NCBI GenBank assembly: GCA_030704615.1 | Contig: CM060734.1 | Span: forward strand, 56,854,001-56,918,000 | Reading direction: 5' to 3' | Source of the DNA: Takakia lepidozioides | Lineage: Eukaryota; Plantae; Bryophyta | DNA: 64,000 nucleotides | In this document: in pieces, positions 35,752-47,553 of the stretch | Position numbering within the stretch: the stretch's first letter is position 1 | Layout of the letters: each line of letters starts with the position of its first letter | Made by a program: the position numbers and the translations under genes | Notes under the pieces: model-generated | What the model saw: only the letters and a program-made list of their open reading frames with translations | Told to the model about the DNA's origin: nothing | Database searches by the model: none

Positions 35752-37650
35752 TGTAGCGTCCGTGTTAGCCCGCACTACAAGGCAACCCCCTCGATAGCGC
35801 AGTTATAGTACGCGCACGCGCCAGGTGCGCACTAGCACGTGAACTTCCAAAGAAGACGTTAGTTTTCTTACCTCTTGGATGGGAGTCACCCAATTTCAGC
35901 GCTGCGCAAACACACGTTAATCCAATTTACCTCTCCCACTTTTGTAAGCTAGTATACATTCTACACACTAGCCAACCATACTATGCATCACCATTCCAAA
36001 CAAAAATAGGAAGCACAACTTTTAGATACCATTTCATTTATAAACAAGATTTGTACAACACAAGTCCTTGCAATCGGATTCCTGAGCTAGCTAAGCCGAA
36101 CTAAGCATGTATTTACTCCTCCACAATCTAAGGTTGATGTCCCCATCAACGCTTCTTCCGCTTTGAGGTCGCCCTTCGATAATTGCAACCGCCTCGGATG
36201 CGTTCCCCATTTCTGAGGCACGCACTCAAGTTGATTCCACTTGATGATAGCCCTTCCATTTCACGATATACTTCGTTTCTCGATTCTTGAACCTCCTCGA
36301 CTTAAGCATTGCCTCCACTTTGTACTCCGGTTCATTTTCATGATCCAACAGCACAGGCGGCGGACGCAACACTTGATGCCGATTCGGACGCGCTTCATCT
36401 TTGAAGTAAGGTTTTAAAATGAAGACGTGGAATACCATATGCACCTTGCTATTTGCCGGCAGTTCCAGCTCATACACATCCTCATTCATAACCTTCCGGA
36501 TGCGAAAAGGTCCCGCATACGGAGGTACGAACTTTGGATTCACTTCTGGAGGTAGGCGAAAATTCTTGATGTTCAACCACACCTCGCTTCCCGCTTCAAA
36601 CTTAACCTCTCGCCGCTTCCGATTTGCCTGCCATTCATATCGTTTCCTAGCTTTGGCAATGTTGTACTTTGCGAGCTCTCTAACAAACGCTCACGTTCTT
36701 CCAACACTGCCGCCGCCGCCGGCTCTTCTCCGTCCTGGGTGGTCCAACTTGTTGGCACCAGAGGTGTTTTTCCGTAAACCAATACGAAAGGGGAAGCTCC
36801 CGTTGCGGAGTGTTCCGTGTTATTATAACAGAACTCTGCCGTATCTAAGTGCTCCACCCAGTCCGACTGGTCTGCCGACACATAATGCCGCAAGAGTTGC
36901 TTTACCACAGAGTTCACTCTTTCTGTTTGGTTGTCCGTTGTAGGTCGGAAGGCCGTGCTCACCTTGAGCCTTGTCCCCATCTTCTTCCAAAGTGCCCTCC
37001 AAAACTTACTTGTAAACTTTGGATCGCGGTCCGAGAGTCCATGATGTTTGAAAACGTGGGCGAAGTAAAGTCGCCACGTCTCCTGCGCCGTTGCTGTCTC
37101 CTTGGTGGAGATGAAATGACCCATTTTACTGAACCTATCCACCACCACCATGATCGCATCGAATCCCTTTGACAACGGTAGAGCCGTCATGAAATCCATT
37201 GAGACACTTTCCCAAGACCTCTCTGGAATCGGCAAAGGTTGTAACAGCCCCGATTGCTTTTTGTACTCACTCCGATTTTGTTGGCATGTGGTGCATGTCT
37301 TAACATACTCCTCGCCCTCCTCCCTTAGCTTGGGCAAGAAATACTCTTTCTTCAAGAGTGCCGCGGTGCGCTTGGCTCCGCCGTGGCCCGCAAGCGGGCC
37401 ATCATGGCATTCTCTTAAGAGACCATCTCTGAGCCCTCCCTTCGGCACGTAGAGGCGCTTTTTCTTGTACCGGAGCAGTCATTTATGCAAGTGGAACTGC
37501 GACTTAACCCCTAGCCTCAAGTTCGGCATCACGGATTTCGATAGCTCATCATTCCGACAGGCCTTTCGAATCTTGAGTTGCTACTTTCTACTTAGAACAT
37601 CGGCCACCACATTGTTCCGTCCCGGTTTGTACTGGATATCCACGTCAAAC
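35752..37650 (-). mobile_element. Chromovirus (Ty3/Gypsy) 3' portion: RNase H end, integrase, chromodomain, probable 3' LTR (~35752-36112)
   Basis: IQYKPGRNNVVADVLSR, CHDGPLAGHGG...CTTC, SMDF / DRDPKF / QTER, YAGPF, chromodomain EYKVEAMLKSR...YIVKWKGY. LTR candidate ends ...GCTACA. Confidence 0.9.
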
Positions 37651-38239
37651 AATAGGGTTCTTGGGCCTTGCACTTCCCAATAGCTTTACACACAGCCATT
37701 TTGCGCCTAACACACATGTTATTTTAATGACTACAGTTGGCCCAAGACCAATCCAGAAGTAGCACAAATTGGCCCATGGCTTCTCTTCTTGGGCTCGGGC
37801 CCTAATGTAAAGTGGCCCTAAGTTCTTATATTATTTCTATTATCTTCATTTATCATGTTGCTGAGATAACTACTTGGCATACTTGTTGAATCCATTGTGT
37901 CACAAACCTAACTTCTTGCCAAGTTGATTTCAAATTGAGATATGAGATTGTAGTTTGAGATGGCGTGAAAGATAACTGTCCAACATGTGGGAAACGATTT
38001 GGAGACCAACTCATCAATGACTGGAAAAAATCTCTAACATTGAAATCCGAGAAAATCCAACCGAAATCTAGCCCACTACTACAAGTAGTGCTTCTGCACA
38101 AATCTGTTTTGATGCTTTGAAAACAGCTTAGAACAGAGGAGCAGTTAAGATCTTAAAGATTGGATAGCAAAGCTCTACGACTCACTCAACCCTCCGGCTG
38201 GGGTCTTCATCCTGTCAAAGTTACAAACTTACTAAACTT

Positions 38240-39456
38240 TCAAGCAACCAAGGTGCTGGCCGTCGCTGACTCACTGCACAAGCACAGAGAGGGAGAGGGA
38301 GCTCAAATTAGCCAATCGAACTCAAATTTCAGTTGTCCCCCGTGATACCAAAAATTACTTCACCATACCTACATTTCGTATATCCAAAGAGTTCCTTCTA
38401 CATCCAGGAGCCCTCACAAGCCATCAGCAATTAGCTCACATAATTTGGAAGTTGGACCACACTCGCAAACAGGGGATGTTGAACTTACTACTTCCAGTTG
38501 GGGGGAAGCTTCTTGGTGCGCTTATAATAACGAGCCAAACGGTGGACACAGCTCTCAATGAGAATCAAGCGGAACTTGGGAATCTTTGTCCTTTCGGTTC
38601 CTCTCCAAATGCTTGCGGACAGCGACGGCCTTTTTAATCAGATGATAAAGGTCCTCTGGAATCTCTGGTCCCAAACATGTCAAATCCAAAAGAACTCACC
38701 GAATAAATTCATGGAGGCCGGAGTGGTATCCGCGATTATTTCTAGTTCTCATTATCTTCAAGACACACTTGTGCTTCTTTGCTAATACTTCAGGAAGGGT
38801 CTAAACAGATTCACTAGAAAAAGGAGAAAACTTTTACCGGAATTGACCACTGATAGCTCACTGTTTAAGCCCTTGCTGGGAGAGGGCTTGCCAGTGTGGC
38901 ATACAGAGGGAAAAAAATAAGGAAGGGTTTAAGCGCTACCATGGCCCTTGAGAATGCGGAGGACCTTGCTCCCCGTCACACTGTTAACTTGCGCAATACC
39001 GTGAGACTCCCTCAAAATTACACCAATCTGTGATGGCGTCAGACCCTTTTTTGCCAGCTTGCAAATATGGTCCTCAACCTACATATCGAAACACCCACAC
39101 AGAAACAGATTGTAAACACATGAGTACGACACCCGAAACACCCACACAGAAACAGATTGTAAACACGCAAGTACAACACCCAAACGTCACCGCGACACCA
39201 AATACACAGCCATGAGAAGAAGAGAACGGAATCTCACGAATGACCCACCTCCTCGGATGTGATATTTAGCCAGCCGGGGGGAGTTCTCTTGTAAGGCAAG
39301 GCCGATGAGGACATACCCTTCCTGCACGTCAGACAAAGCAACAGCTTAACATAACAGACATTCACCCTATGTCCACGGATCAACAAATTACAGAAACACA
39401 CACGCAAGCCTGCCAGCAGAAGCTAGAGCTCACCCGCCACTGTGCATACGACCCAT
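38240..39456 (-). pseudogene. RPS13: 40S ribosomal protein S13 (uS15), intron-containing, apparently disabled
   Basis: Exons MGRMHSGG / KGMSSSALPYKRTPP / [19 protein letters not shown] / [27 protein letters not shown] / ESATASTLVA*. There is a +1 frameshift near 38580 and no AG at the exon-4 acceptor (~38680). Confidence 0.88.
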
Positions 39457-40264
39457 GATGACCGGATTGCAGAGGCTCGGCAAACGCCAAGAGTTGCAGC
39501 AGGAAAAAGAGAGAGCTATGAGCTATTAGTTAGGTTTAGGATTATGGGTTTCACACTGCAATGCCCGTGCGATTGATAACATGCAGTGTTTTGATTTTGT
39601 TTTCATTTTTCCCAAATCGCCACAAGGGCCACATGTTAACTCTACTCAGCGCCCATGTGGCGAGAACAACTAGGTGGCCTCAAACATGATTAAGTCCCAA
39701 GTCAAGGCTTATACCATGTCAAGGTGAATGTCACACTCGGTTTATGCAAGGGAATCCGTCAGTGGGCGCCTAGTACACTATGAACTCGAATTAGAGTAAT
39801 GGGCAAAATGGAGATAGCCATAGCCACATCCAAGGTAGAAGAAGTATGACCGTACAACCTGCTGGCCTCATTACAATCCAGACCAAGCCAGAAAGCAGAC
39901 AAAGGAAGTTGACACATCACAATCCTTAACAGACCCAATGAAGGTCTGAAACAAAGAAGTATACAGAACCCAACAAGCTTATTTCCAGTACAACATTTTC
40001 CTGACAAGGGATGCCCTCCCAGTCAAGCAATCATGCTAGCCCTCCACTGAATCACAAGGATCAAAACTATTCTCCTACAAAGACAGGTTTGGGCACATAG
40101 GCCTTGACCTCCAAATTTCATCTTGTTGCTAGATTAACAGCTGCTATGTTTGAGCAACTCAAGACACTGACCTACAGTGTGAACCTTGCAACCCAAGATC
40201 ATGTTGCTGAATCCAGCAGTGGCAGGGCACAGGGAGATGTATGGTAAAGCAAACCCTACTTTAA

Positions 40265-43200
40265 CTAAGACATAGGTGCAGTGGTTCCTCCAACTCCCAT
40301 CTTTCGCCCAAGCACAGCAAGCTGATCCAAAAACTCTCTTCCAGACAAAATTTCAGTGGTGCCATAGATAATATTTTTGGCAGGCTGTTGTCGTTGTGCA
40401 AATTCCTGCAGACTGCCATACTCAAGGTAATTGCCCCCACCAATCATAAACACAATGGCCTCCTTGAAGGGCCCCTTGAAACCTGGACTACCTTTAGGTG
40501 CTTTGGGATCAAAGAGAAGATATGATTCTGTGTCAGGCGCCAGTCTGACCTCCATCAAGCCCTCCACTGCTCTTGTGAGAGCCAACTGTCGCCCACCTGA
40601 CAGGAGATTTTTCACTCCAGCTGTCACGGCACTCAGGGCCTGCTCATAGATTTTCTCACCCCACACACCAAGGTTGCTTCGATTAGCAGCTTGTGCTGAA
40701 GAGAGTGGAATATTCAATGATTTTATTCTTTTCACATACAGAAAAGCAGAAAGATCCACCTCTGCTGCCCGGAGCACTGATTCCACAGCCTCCACCTCAG
40801 ATGGGGGTGTAGTTTCAACAGCCAACAAGTACACTACAGCAAGACGCAATTTGTCCTCCTTGGTGCCTTTCTCTTTGAGAGTTGCCAAAAGGGTTGTATT
40901 GACAACATTTCCTTTGGTCAACATATCATCCTCCATGGAGCAAAAACCATCAAGAAACCGGGCCTTAATCTCGCCTAATAGAGCAGTGGCAATGTTGGTG
41001 TGCTTGTCAATCATCCTTTTTCTCTCTGTCAGCTCTGGTAGTGAGTTGACAGCACTCATCAGATGCTTGGTGTTGCCCAATAGCTCCTGCTCATCAAAAT
41101 CTCCCTCTTTCCCACCCCCAGTCCTTCTATTGACCTCCTCAATATCCTGTTTGTACCTGGTCCATGACTTTGCAGTTAAACCCCATTGAATGACCCACAA
41201 GCAATCTCCAGTCTGTAAGTCTGGACCCGTCTTTTAAGATAAATTTCGGCTCATACACTGTCAATTGCTGTGCCTGGCAGCATAAACACAATTTGAATCC
41301 TTGAACAAGTGCCAGACTTCAATTAATATCCACACATCAGAAGACAGCAGTATGCAGACAAAAGAGAGACATGTACCTATTCAACTGGGTCTCAACTTCC
41401 TCTGCCACCCTTGGAAACGGAGCAGATGCATTGGCCACCCAAAAGGAATCCCCATCGTCCAGCTCATAGGATTTCCCTGCACCCTTCCCTCTCAAGGTGG
41501 GGGCGGCAACTTCTGACTGTACAGTAACCCGATTCAGTTTCATGCCCAGAACATCGTGCACCAGTGGACGGTAGCTCCATACGTGCTGCAATGCTATAGA
41601 AAGCTCAAAGTTTCGGTCGAAGAGACATAAGACTGGTCGCTGGATAGAGGTTCCAAAGTGCCCAGCTTCTGTGAAAAGGTTGTTTCTTGACACCAAGTGG
41701 TCCCTGAGACGAGTGTCGAGGACGGATGCAACCATCTCTGCTGGCCCACCTCTGGCACAAAGGAACATCAAGATTACAGTGTGATTGATGACAACTGACT
41801 TCTTGTGGTGAACGTCAATGACTTCTAGTTAGATCTGTAACAAAACACTCCCAGTGACATACTAGGGTTACATATAGATGGTAATTCTGGCCAAGAATGG
41901 CCACAAAAACACAGAAGAGTTTAGCAGGGTATAAACTCAAATAATTAGCATTGGTAATTACATCATGACAAGAGAAAAACATTGTGTAGAGGCCCGTGAC
42001 ACAATGCAAAATTCAAATTGCTCTCCTTCCTCTACAACGTCTCTGACCCGTTTCCTCTTTTAAACAAGCCTTAACTCCCCTTATTTCCTGATGTGGTCTA
42101 TGATTAATTACGAGACTTCGGTCACATACCTCGCACAGCGAATTACTGGAACAACCCCCAGTGTTGCAAGTACTGAGAAGAGCCCATTTGCAATGCTTTC
42201 TACCACAGCTTCCACATCTTGTTCTTGTGCAGCTGGGTCATTGAGCTGTACGTAAGTAAGGGGCTGAGCTAGAGAAAACATCCCATTCTCAAGAGTGACA
42301 AACTCAAGATATTGGTCAAAAACCCTAGCAACACGTTGAATGCAATTGGTCTTCAATGTACCCGCAGCAAGCTCCTCCAAGAGAGGCCGCGAGAGGGATG
42401 AAGCAAAGTTGAGATGAAAGCTTTCATAAACCCCACGTGACGTATCCAAGATTATTCTTTGGATGTTGGCCGGCGATGGTTGCACAAAATAGATGGCAGG
42501 AACGTCAGGGATATTTTGGCGTTCATTCTCCAGCATAAGATACAGAGTTATCCCATGCTTACGAAGGTCGTTGACCCGGATTAGTGGGGACAAAAGATCA
42601 CGGCAAAATCGATCCAGGATTAACACTTTGTAAACTTCCTCATCAGCTGTACCCCCACTTACTACTGGTTGATTCAGATTCAGCATCCGCACCACAGCAT
42701 CTGCACCCAGACAAAACAAATTTAAAGCAATTTTGTCCAGAAATCAATATTGACTTGATTGATGGAATTGACATACATCTGCGAGTAATGAAAGCTAAGT
42801 ATACTTGACATACTTAGAACCCTACAGTAGACAATGGCATTCCATATGGCAACTCGTGGAAGAACTTGATAGAAACCATTGCTTGAGTGACTTGTCAACT
42901 CCAACATTTGTTAACGAGTTATACAAAACATAAAATGTGGGGAGTGTGATGAATAGGCTAAGGCAGCTCAGAAACCCTAATGCTACAACCAGTTTTCCGA
43001 TTATTGCATGATGACTGATTTGAACATTCATGGCAATGTAGCTGGCAGTCACAAAAATGACAATCGGGGTATCGTGAGTAGCACGAAACCCTATATAAGG
43101 ACACCTTTGACAGCAAGGATTGTTTGATCCTGGCTGGATAAGTGGCTCACCACGGACCAGAGAATAGTAATCCAAGCACCCCCACATTGTAAGACCTACC

Positions 43201-43802
43201 CAAGCAGTTGCTACAATATACGCTCGAGCTTGATGACTTCATCCAGGAGTTTGATAGTTGGTGTGATTTGCAGCAAATGTGCAATCCACAATTGTTTACG
43301 CCTCCACACGGATTCCGAATGGTTACCAATGGTTACCAATGTCGACAAAGTAGACAACAACGGTTACAGATCTACTGTAATTCCATTGGAGTTCAAGTGT
43401 ACTCCAAACCTCGAACGACACCGACTGTTGCGTTCAAACCCCTGCAGCTGATGGAAAGCCCGTTGCCTAAAGCTCGGAACGATTTCAAGATGTTCACTGA
43501 CACAGAAGATAGAGTGCGTGGTCTCCAGTAGACGTAAACCAGTGCACACTGGCCGAAATGTAGATTCACATGGCAGTCGAGGGTGGGCGTATGAAATGAT
43601 AGTGACTATTGCACCCAAAAAGCAAGTGTGAGCCTAACCAGATTTTCGATGCTACGGTCGACAAGAAGGGTGGGGAGAATGAAAGATGAAGACAAAGATG
43701 GTGGAAAAAGACAGGATCACGCCTGCTATTGAGAAAGGGAGAGGGACATTGAGACACGATCCGGATCATACCCATCTGCTTCTGACGAAGGGAGAGCGCC
43801 AT
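40265..43802 (-). CDS. SLY1: Sec1/Munc18 family vesicle transport protein SLY1
   Basis: Exons 43772-43802, 42130-42700, 41377-41751, 40265-41156. MALSLRQKQ..RMLNLNQP, YKVLILDRF, DVPAIYFVQP, IDKHTNIAT, FMIGGGNYLEY. Confidence 0.95.
43195..43310 (+). mobile_element. Possible short retroelement gag-like relic in SLY1 intron 1
   Basis: LQYTLELDDFIQEFDSWCDLQQMCNPQLFTP looks like an isolated coding fragment. Family assignment is from recall only. Confidence 0.3.
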
Positions 43803-44707
43803 GGTTGCTGAGGCCGTAGGCAGCGATCATGACATTAGCAGCCCTCAATGGCACGCACAATCATCCTCCTTCCAGCCCATCGGCCTCCCTTTCTTGTTGC
43901 CTCTTTCCCCTCCCCTTCCTTCCTGCTCCACAATAAATCTCACTGAAAATCTGGAAACCCACACCAACCCAACTCTAGACAAACACGGAGAGATCCAGAC
44001 ATGTGCAGGCGCGCACGGATCTCTTCCTCCACTCTCTCGCACCTTCACACTCAAGCCTCCACCACCCCATCCCCTCAAAGCCTCGGCTAATTGTGTTTAG
44101 TTTCACTAACCCTTATTAACTAACCCAGTTGCCCACTTACTATTCCTCTTATTACAGGAAAACCTAACGCTTACATTCTCCGTTACTACAATTCCGTTAA
44201 TGTAATGGGATTATTGTACACATTAAGTGATTGATTTTTCGGATGGAGGCTACCTAAAGTTTGTAAACGGTGACATTAGCGTAAATATATATAATTAGTT
44301 TGATGAAATATTAATGTAGTGTAAAGATAACCTAGTCGTTTTTATGTACGAGGTTTTTATTACTCGTAGGAAAATTGGAAATTTGATTATTGTATACGAA
44401 TGATCCAATGATTCGAGGATGAGTAACTTTTCATCCATCTCAGAAGGGGAAGGCAGGGGCCGCGCGGTCGCCGCGGATGCGGCACGACCGCCAAAGTGAC
44501 TGCGCGGCGCATTGTCGACCGCGAGCAGTCCTTCGTAGGAGAGAAGAAAGCGAGAGAGAGGAGAGAGACAAGAGTTCGACGACGCGGGGAGGGTGTATGC
44601 TTTCCATTTGTGTGTCCTGCATCGCTCAATGTGATTGTACCCGTCTGTGTCTGTCTTGAAGAGCATTCTGGAAGGGATTACGTTCTTTCTGTGCCACTGC
44701 GCTAGCC

Positions 44708-46525
44708 ATGTGAGTGTCGTGTTTCTCCACTGCATGTTTGTTTTCTGGCTGCCAAAGTGATGGGTCGAGTTGATGACGGGGAGGGTGAGAATGGGCTTCT
44801 TTTATGGACTGGAGGATGGTTGGAAGGGGATGATGAGGTTGCGGTGACTTTGAGAGTCCGTAGAAGGGGTGGGCATACGGAACGATGTTCCCTCTTTCTG
44901 TTGTGGCGACAGAAAGAGGGAAGGGCACGTGGTTGGGTCCATGGAGAGACTTTGTGGTGGTGAATGGTTTTGGTGTGTGCAGGAGGGCATCCATCAATCG
45001 ACCACCTACGCCAGATGGGGATGAAGACAAAGAACCTGAGCCTACTATTCAGGAGATCGTCAATATAAAGGTAAATAAGCGAAACTTTGGAGACTCCTCA
45101 GCAGTATAAATCATCAAATTTTCTGTGATTAAGAAAGGGGGGTTGATGATGTTATGTCTACATTCAACAACACTTGGTTTCTGCGTGAAATGGAAAACTG
45201 GTTCCGGTGGACCGCTTTTATCTTCACCTCTTGAAACATGAAGATGCTTTTACGACGGTTTAAGCAGGGCCGTGTCGGGTTTACGACAGGAGGTTTTCTT
45301 GATATCCAGAAACGACAGCATAGCTGACGAAGTCCAAGCTGTGGTCATTGTCAGGAATTCTTTTTGTCTATTCCTAAGAAAACTTATTTGCGGCAGCACT
45401 TTCTGAGGAAGGCTTTCCTCTGTTAAAAATTGACAGTAGAGCACCGGAAAGAATAAAGTTGCTTAATTATGAGCACTGACGAGTCTTCCCAGGGTAGGCC
45501 TTTCACACGATTGAATTTTTTCCTACCTGTATACCTTGCAGCAAAGTGGGTGGGATTGGATCACCAGTAATTGATTTGAAAGGTTTACTTTATGTCAAAT
45601 GCTCACACAATAGGAAACTAATGGCTGCAGTTGATAGAAAGTGGGGAGAAAGAGAGGTTGAAAGAGTTGTTGCGGGAACGTCTGATTGAGTGTGGCTGGA
45701 GAGATGAACTCAAGGCCCAGTGCAGGTAATGTGCGCCCAACCCAATGACTCCCTTTTCTTTCGAAGTTGAACTGCCAATTAACATTTTGACTGCATTGCC
45801 ACTGTTAGTGTGGGTGGGCTGCCAAGAAATTTGTGTTTTTGGTGTTCCTCCACATTTTTCAGCAGATTGGTAAAGGGCGGCAAGATAACAAAGGGTATTG
45901 GGAGAGAGGCAGGGCTTTCACAAGGAAGAAAGGTCGAGGCAACATCACAGTCGATGAGCTTGTTCGTACGATCACTCCCAAAGGCCGAGGTATGACAGGC
46001 TGTAGGGGATCCTCTTATCTTGCTGGACCAAATTTAGCATATTGTCAGAGGATAGGAAGGTGGCCATTTTTGTTCCATCTGCTTGAGTGCAGTGGCTTCC
46101 CTCTGCTGTCAACCTTATGCCTCTCCCTCCCAGCTGCCTTACCAAATTGGGTACATGCAGTTTTGGCTTAGGTTACAGGTCACACACTTTCTTGCGCTCT
46201 CACAAACACACACACCAAACAAAATATGTCAGTCTTGGGAGGGGTTATCCATAGGTGGAGAGAATATCGCATGTAGAGCTCTGTACATTTCTGGGCTCAC
46301 AAGGCTACGCCAACCTCAGTGGATGTTTGGGGTAAAAATTGACCACAATTTGCCCCACAAGATTGAGGAAATTAGGTTTGAATAGTTCTTTGATTTTTCA
46401 CCCGTAATCAGGGAACTAACTCTGTCAATGGGATGGGATGGGATGATGCAGCTATGGTGCCTGACAATGTGAAAGCTGAACTGTTGCAACGGATTCGGAG
46501 CTTTCTTTTGAATGATTCCTTGTGA
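44708..46525 (+). CDS. ENY2: Transcription and mRNA export factor ENY2/SUS1
   Basis: Exons 44708-44709, 44983-45070, 45631-45725, 45913-45989, 46452-46525 give [11 protein letters not shown]...[26 protein letters not shown]...[34 protein letters not shown]. Confidence 0.93.
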
Positions 46526-46787
46526 GATATCTATGAGCACAGAGGGGTGGACTAGGTAGTGAGAGGATACACCCAAACTGAAACGATTTGCTGGTGTTTC
46601 CATCTACCATCGATTGCCGTGTTGATACTTGTAAATTACTCCAGAAATAATCAAGTTTAGGGTTTATTTGTTCCTTTTTGAGTGGGGAGGGTCGCCAACT
46701 TGCCATTCAAAGACATTGTACTAAAGACTGACCTCCAAAATCTTTCAATTGCATTTTCAGTGATTCAAAAGTTTTGGATTGCCGTTG

Positions 46788-46891
46788 CTGGTCCCACTTT
46801 TCTTATCCTGTTTGTCCAGAGGATGGCTCAAGCTATACACTGGTCCCACTTTTCTTATCCTGTTTGTCCAGAGGATGGCTCAAGCTATACA
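46788..46891. repeat. Exact tandem duplication of ~52 bp
   Basis: CTGGTCCCACTTTTCTTATCCTGTTTGTCCAGAGGATGGCTCAAGCTATACA occurs twice in tandem. Confidence 0.9.
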
Positions 46892-47553
46892 CGAGAAGGC
46901 AAGTGATAGGAAAGCTTTATTATCCTTTCTGTATTACATTACATGACAGGTTGCTATACTTGCAGAGTCTCATCACAGCAATTGTATATCAAGGAGAGGT
47001 ACACTTGCCAAGCGAAAGCTACACTTACCATGTTACTCACAAGAAAAATTGTTAGCTCCAACCATTCCATGTTTGTTTGGAAAAGGAAATGCAATATTTC
47101 TTGTAATCTTCCTACTTCCAAAACATAAATCTTGCACTGCTCATACTCTTTTTAGAAAGAGGCATGGTAGGTAAAGAAGACACAACCGTCTGGTTGTCCA
47201 CATTTTCTCCACTATAATTAACCTTGAATCTGGTATCACCCACTGATCCCCACGCAGAAATATATATAGTCTTATCTGTCACTAGTCAATTGTCATGAGA
47301 TGAATTGCTTACAAGTGGTCCAGTTTGAAGTACTTTTTGGTCAATGAGGTCATCTTAATCCCTAAATCTGTATAGATTGGGGCTGGCATGCGAGTGCTGC
47401 ACAGCTTGATGTCAGCAAAACCCCTAGTAACATTCTCTTCAATTTGGAATGTATACATACATCCAATTTTCACTCAAAACTCCCGTGCCTCATTATTTTG
47501 AGAACCCGTCAGTAACAAAACCCATAAGTCCACCCTGTAGATCACCTTCTCCG

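Noticed and set aside
40431-41189. Plus-strand ORFs opposite SLY1 (and similar ones opposite pol and CPN60B)
   Set aside because: Antisense shadows of real coding exons.
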